The position numbers and the translations under genes are program-made. Below are positions 62,589 through 64,000 of a stretch of 64,000 nucleotides of DNA, piece by piece. Source of the DNA: an uncultured Arcobacter sp. GTDB lineage: Bacteria > Campylobacterota > Campylobacteria > Campylobacterales > Arcobacteraceae. The stretch is from the NCBI GenBank assembly GCA_965140705.1, contig OZ223301.1, forward strand, positions 64,001 to 128,000, in the 5' to 3' direction. The stretch's first letter is position 1. Each line of letters begins with the position of its first letter. The notes beneath the pieces were generated by a model. That model ran no database searches. It was not told where the DNA came from and worked only from the letters and a program-made list of their open reading frames with translations.

Positions 62589-64000
62589 TTGAGAGCATTA
62601 ATCAGTGTTAGTGACAAAAGTGGTGTTGAGAATTTTGCGAAAGAGTTAGTAAAATTAGGTTACGAAATAATTAGTACAGGTGGTACTTATAAAGCTTTAC
62701 AAAATGCTGGAATAGCAGTAATTGAAGCGAACGAAGTTACAAAATTTCCAGAGTGTTTTGAAGGAAGAGTTAAAACTTTAAACCCATATATTCATGGTGG
62801 AATTTTACATAGACGAGACAAACAATCTCACTTAGACCAAGCAAAAGAGTTAGGTGTTGAAGGTATTGATTTAGTATGTGTAAACCTGTATCCATTTAAA
62901 GCAACTATTGAAAAAACTGATGACTTTGAAGAGATTATCGAAAATATTGATATCGGTGGTCCTGCTATGGTGCGAAGTGCTGCTAAAAATCATGACTCTG
63001 TTATTATTGTAACTGATGTTGTTGATTATGACTTAGTATTAAACAATCTTAAAAACAATACAAACACTCAAGAGTTTAGAAGAGACTTGATGATAAAAGC
63101 ATATGAGCATACAGCTGCTTATGATGCTATGATTGCAAACTACATGAACAAAAGATTTAATAATGGAATGGGTGCAAAACAATTCATCGTAGGTGAAAAA
63201 GTATTTGATACAAGATATGGAGAAAACCCACACCAAAAAGGTGCCTTATATGAGTTTGATAAACACCTATCAAATAAATTCATCACACTAAAAGGTGAAG
63301 CATCTTTTAACAACATGGGAGATATCTCTGGAGCAGCAAAAATAGCATCTGCATTTGGTGATGACAATGCAGTATGTATCGTAAAACACGGAAATCCATG
63401 TGGATTTGCTATCAAAGACACACTTTTAGAAAGCTATACTGAAGCTCTTAAATGTGACCCAATTTCAGCATTTGGTGGAGTTGTTGCAGTAAATGGTGTA
63501 GTTGATTTAGACTTAGCTGTTAAGATGAACGAAATCTTCCTAGAAGTAGTTTTTGCAGCAGACTTCACACCTGAAGCTGAAGTTGAGTTAAATAAGAAAA
63601 AAAGAATCAAACTATTTAAACAAGGAACATCTAAACTTGAAATGTCAAACGATGCTTTCAACTTCAAAATAGTTGATGGTGGATTTGTTTATCAAGATGC
63701 TGATAAAGTTGAAGATGATGAGGTAAGAAACTCAGAACTAAAATCAAAAAGAGAAGCAAGTGAACAAGAAGTAAAAGATATGGAAATCGCATACAAAGTA
63801 GCAAGCTTAACAAAATCAAACTGCGTAGTATACGTGAAAAACTCAGCTATGGTTGCTGTTGGTATGGGTATGACAAGTAGAGTAGATGCAGCAAAAGCAG
63901 CTTTACGAAAAGCAGAAGATTTAGGTATCGATGTAACAGGTTCAGTTCTAGCATCTGAAGCATTCTTCCCCTTTAGAGATAGTATCGATGAAGCAAATAA
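62589..64000 (+). CDS. purH: Bifunctional AICAR transformylase/IMP cyclohydrolase (runs off the window end; absent from the ORF track)
   Basis: TTG start after AGAGGA; hand translation [56 protein letters not shown]. Confidence 0.96.
   Translation, partial: MRALISVSDKSGVENFAKELVKLGYEIISTGGTYKALQNAGIAVIEANEVTKFPECFEGRVKTLNPYIHGGILHRRDKQSHLDQAKELGVEGIDLVCVNLYPFKATIEKTDDFEEIIENIDIGGPAMVRSAAKNHDSVIIVTDVVDYDLVLNNLKNNTNTQEFRRDLMIKAYEHTAAYDAMIANYMNKRFNNGMGAKQFIVGEKVFDTRYGENPHQKGALYEFDKHLSNKFITLKGEASFNNMGDISGAAKIASAFGDDNAVCIVKHGNPCGFAIKDTLLESYTEALKCDPISAFGGVVAVNGVVDLDLAVKMNEIFLEVVFAADFTPEAEVELNKKKRIKLFKQGTSKLEMSNDAFNFKIVDGGFVYQDADKVEDDEVRNSELKSKREASEQEVKDMEIAYKVASLTKSNCVVYVKNSAMVAVGMGMTSRVDAAKAALRKAEDLGIDVTGSVLASEAFFPFRDSIDEAN

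Noticed and set aside
63039..63667. Three minus-strand ORFs at the window end
   Set aside because: They are antisense to purH, which the ORF track missed because it has no stop in the window

Overview
AT-rich Campylobacterota chromosome segment, most consistent with Arcobacteraceae (tmRNA tag ANNTNYAPAYAKAA, Csd3/Pgp2-like and Cts-like genes, PAS kinases ending in HQW[KR]QPL). It is mostly housekeeping: ectABCD plus aspartokinase, bioD, clpS-clpA, ruvB, panB, trpA, bpt, feoAB-fur, chemotaxis and two-component genes, a DEAD-box helicase, tmRNA, a carboxyspermidine operon with an unlisted rubredoxin, tandem ppk2, tig-clpP-def, era, a reduced Cts/T2SS-like cluster, folE, mgtE, purL and a partial purH. 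Accessory or unusual elements: (1) a decayed islet between panB and trpA in which an RHS-type toxin tip and a small membrane ORF sit exactly between two related GGGGWC-A-GWCSCC palindromes, beside a truncated RAYT-type HUH transposase; (2) an integrase-less kinase/regulator/SQR/DUF1641 cassette bracketed by a 115-bp duplication of the comM 3' end, with three tandem 11-bp repeats in the sqr promoter; (3) a J-domain plus LRR gene pair; (4) domain fusions: integrase-arm-like domain-PPK2, HisI-RibA, FTR-rhodanese and Amt-GGDEF; (5) a candidate intergenic sRNA. No CRISPR array, rRNA or tRNA was seen. All assignments come from reading motifs by eye, with no database search.
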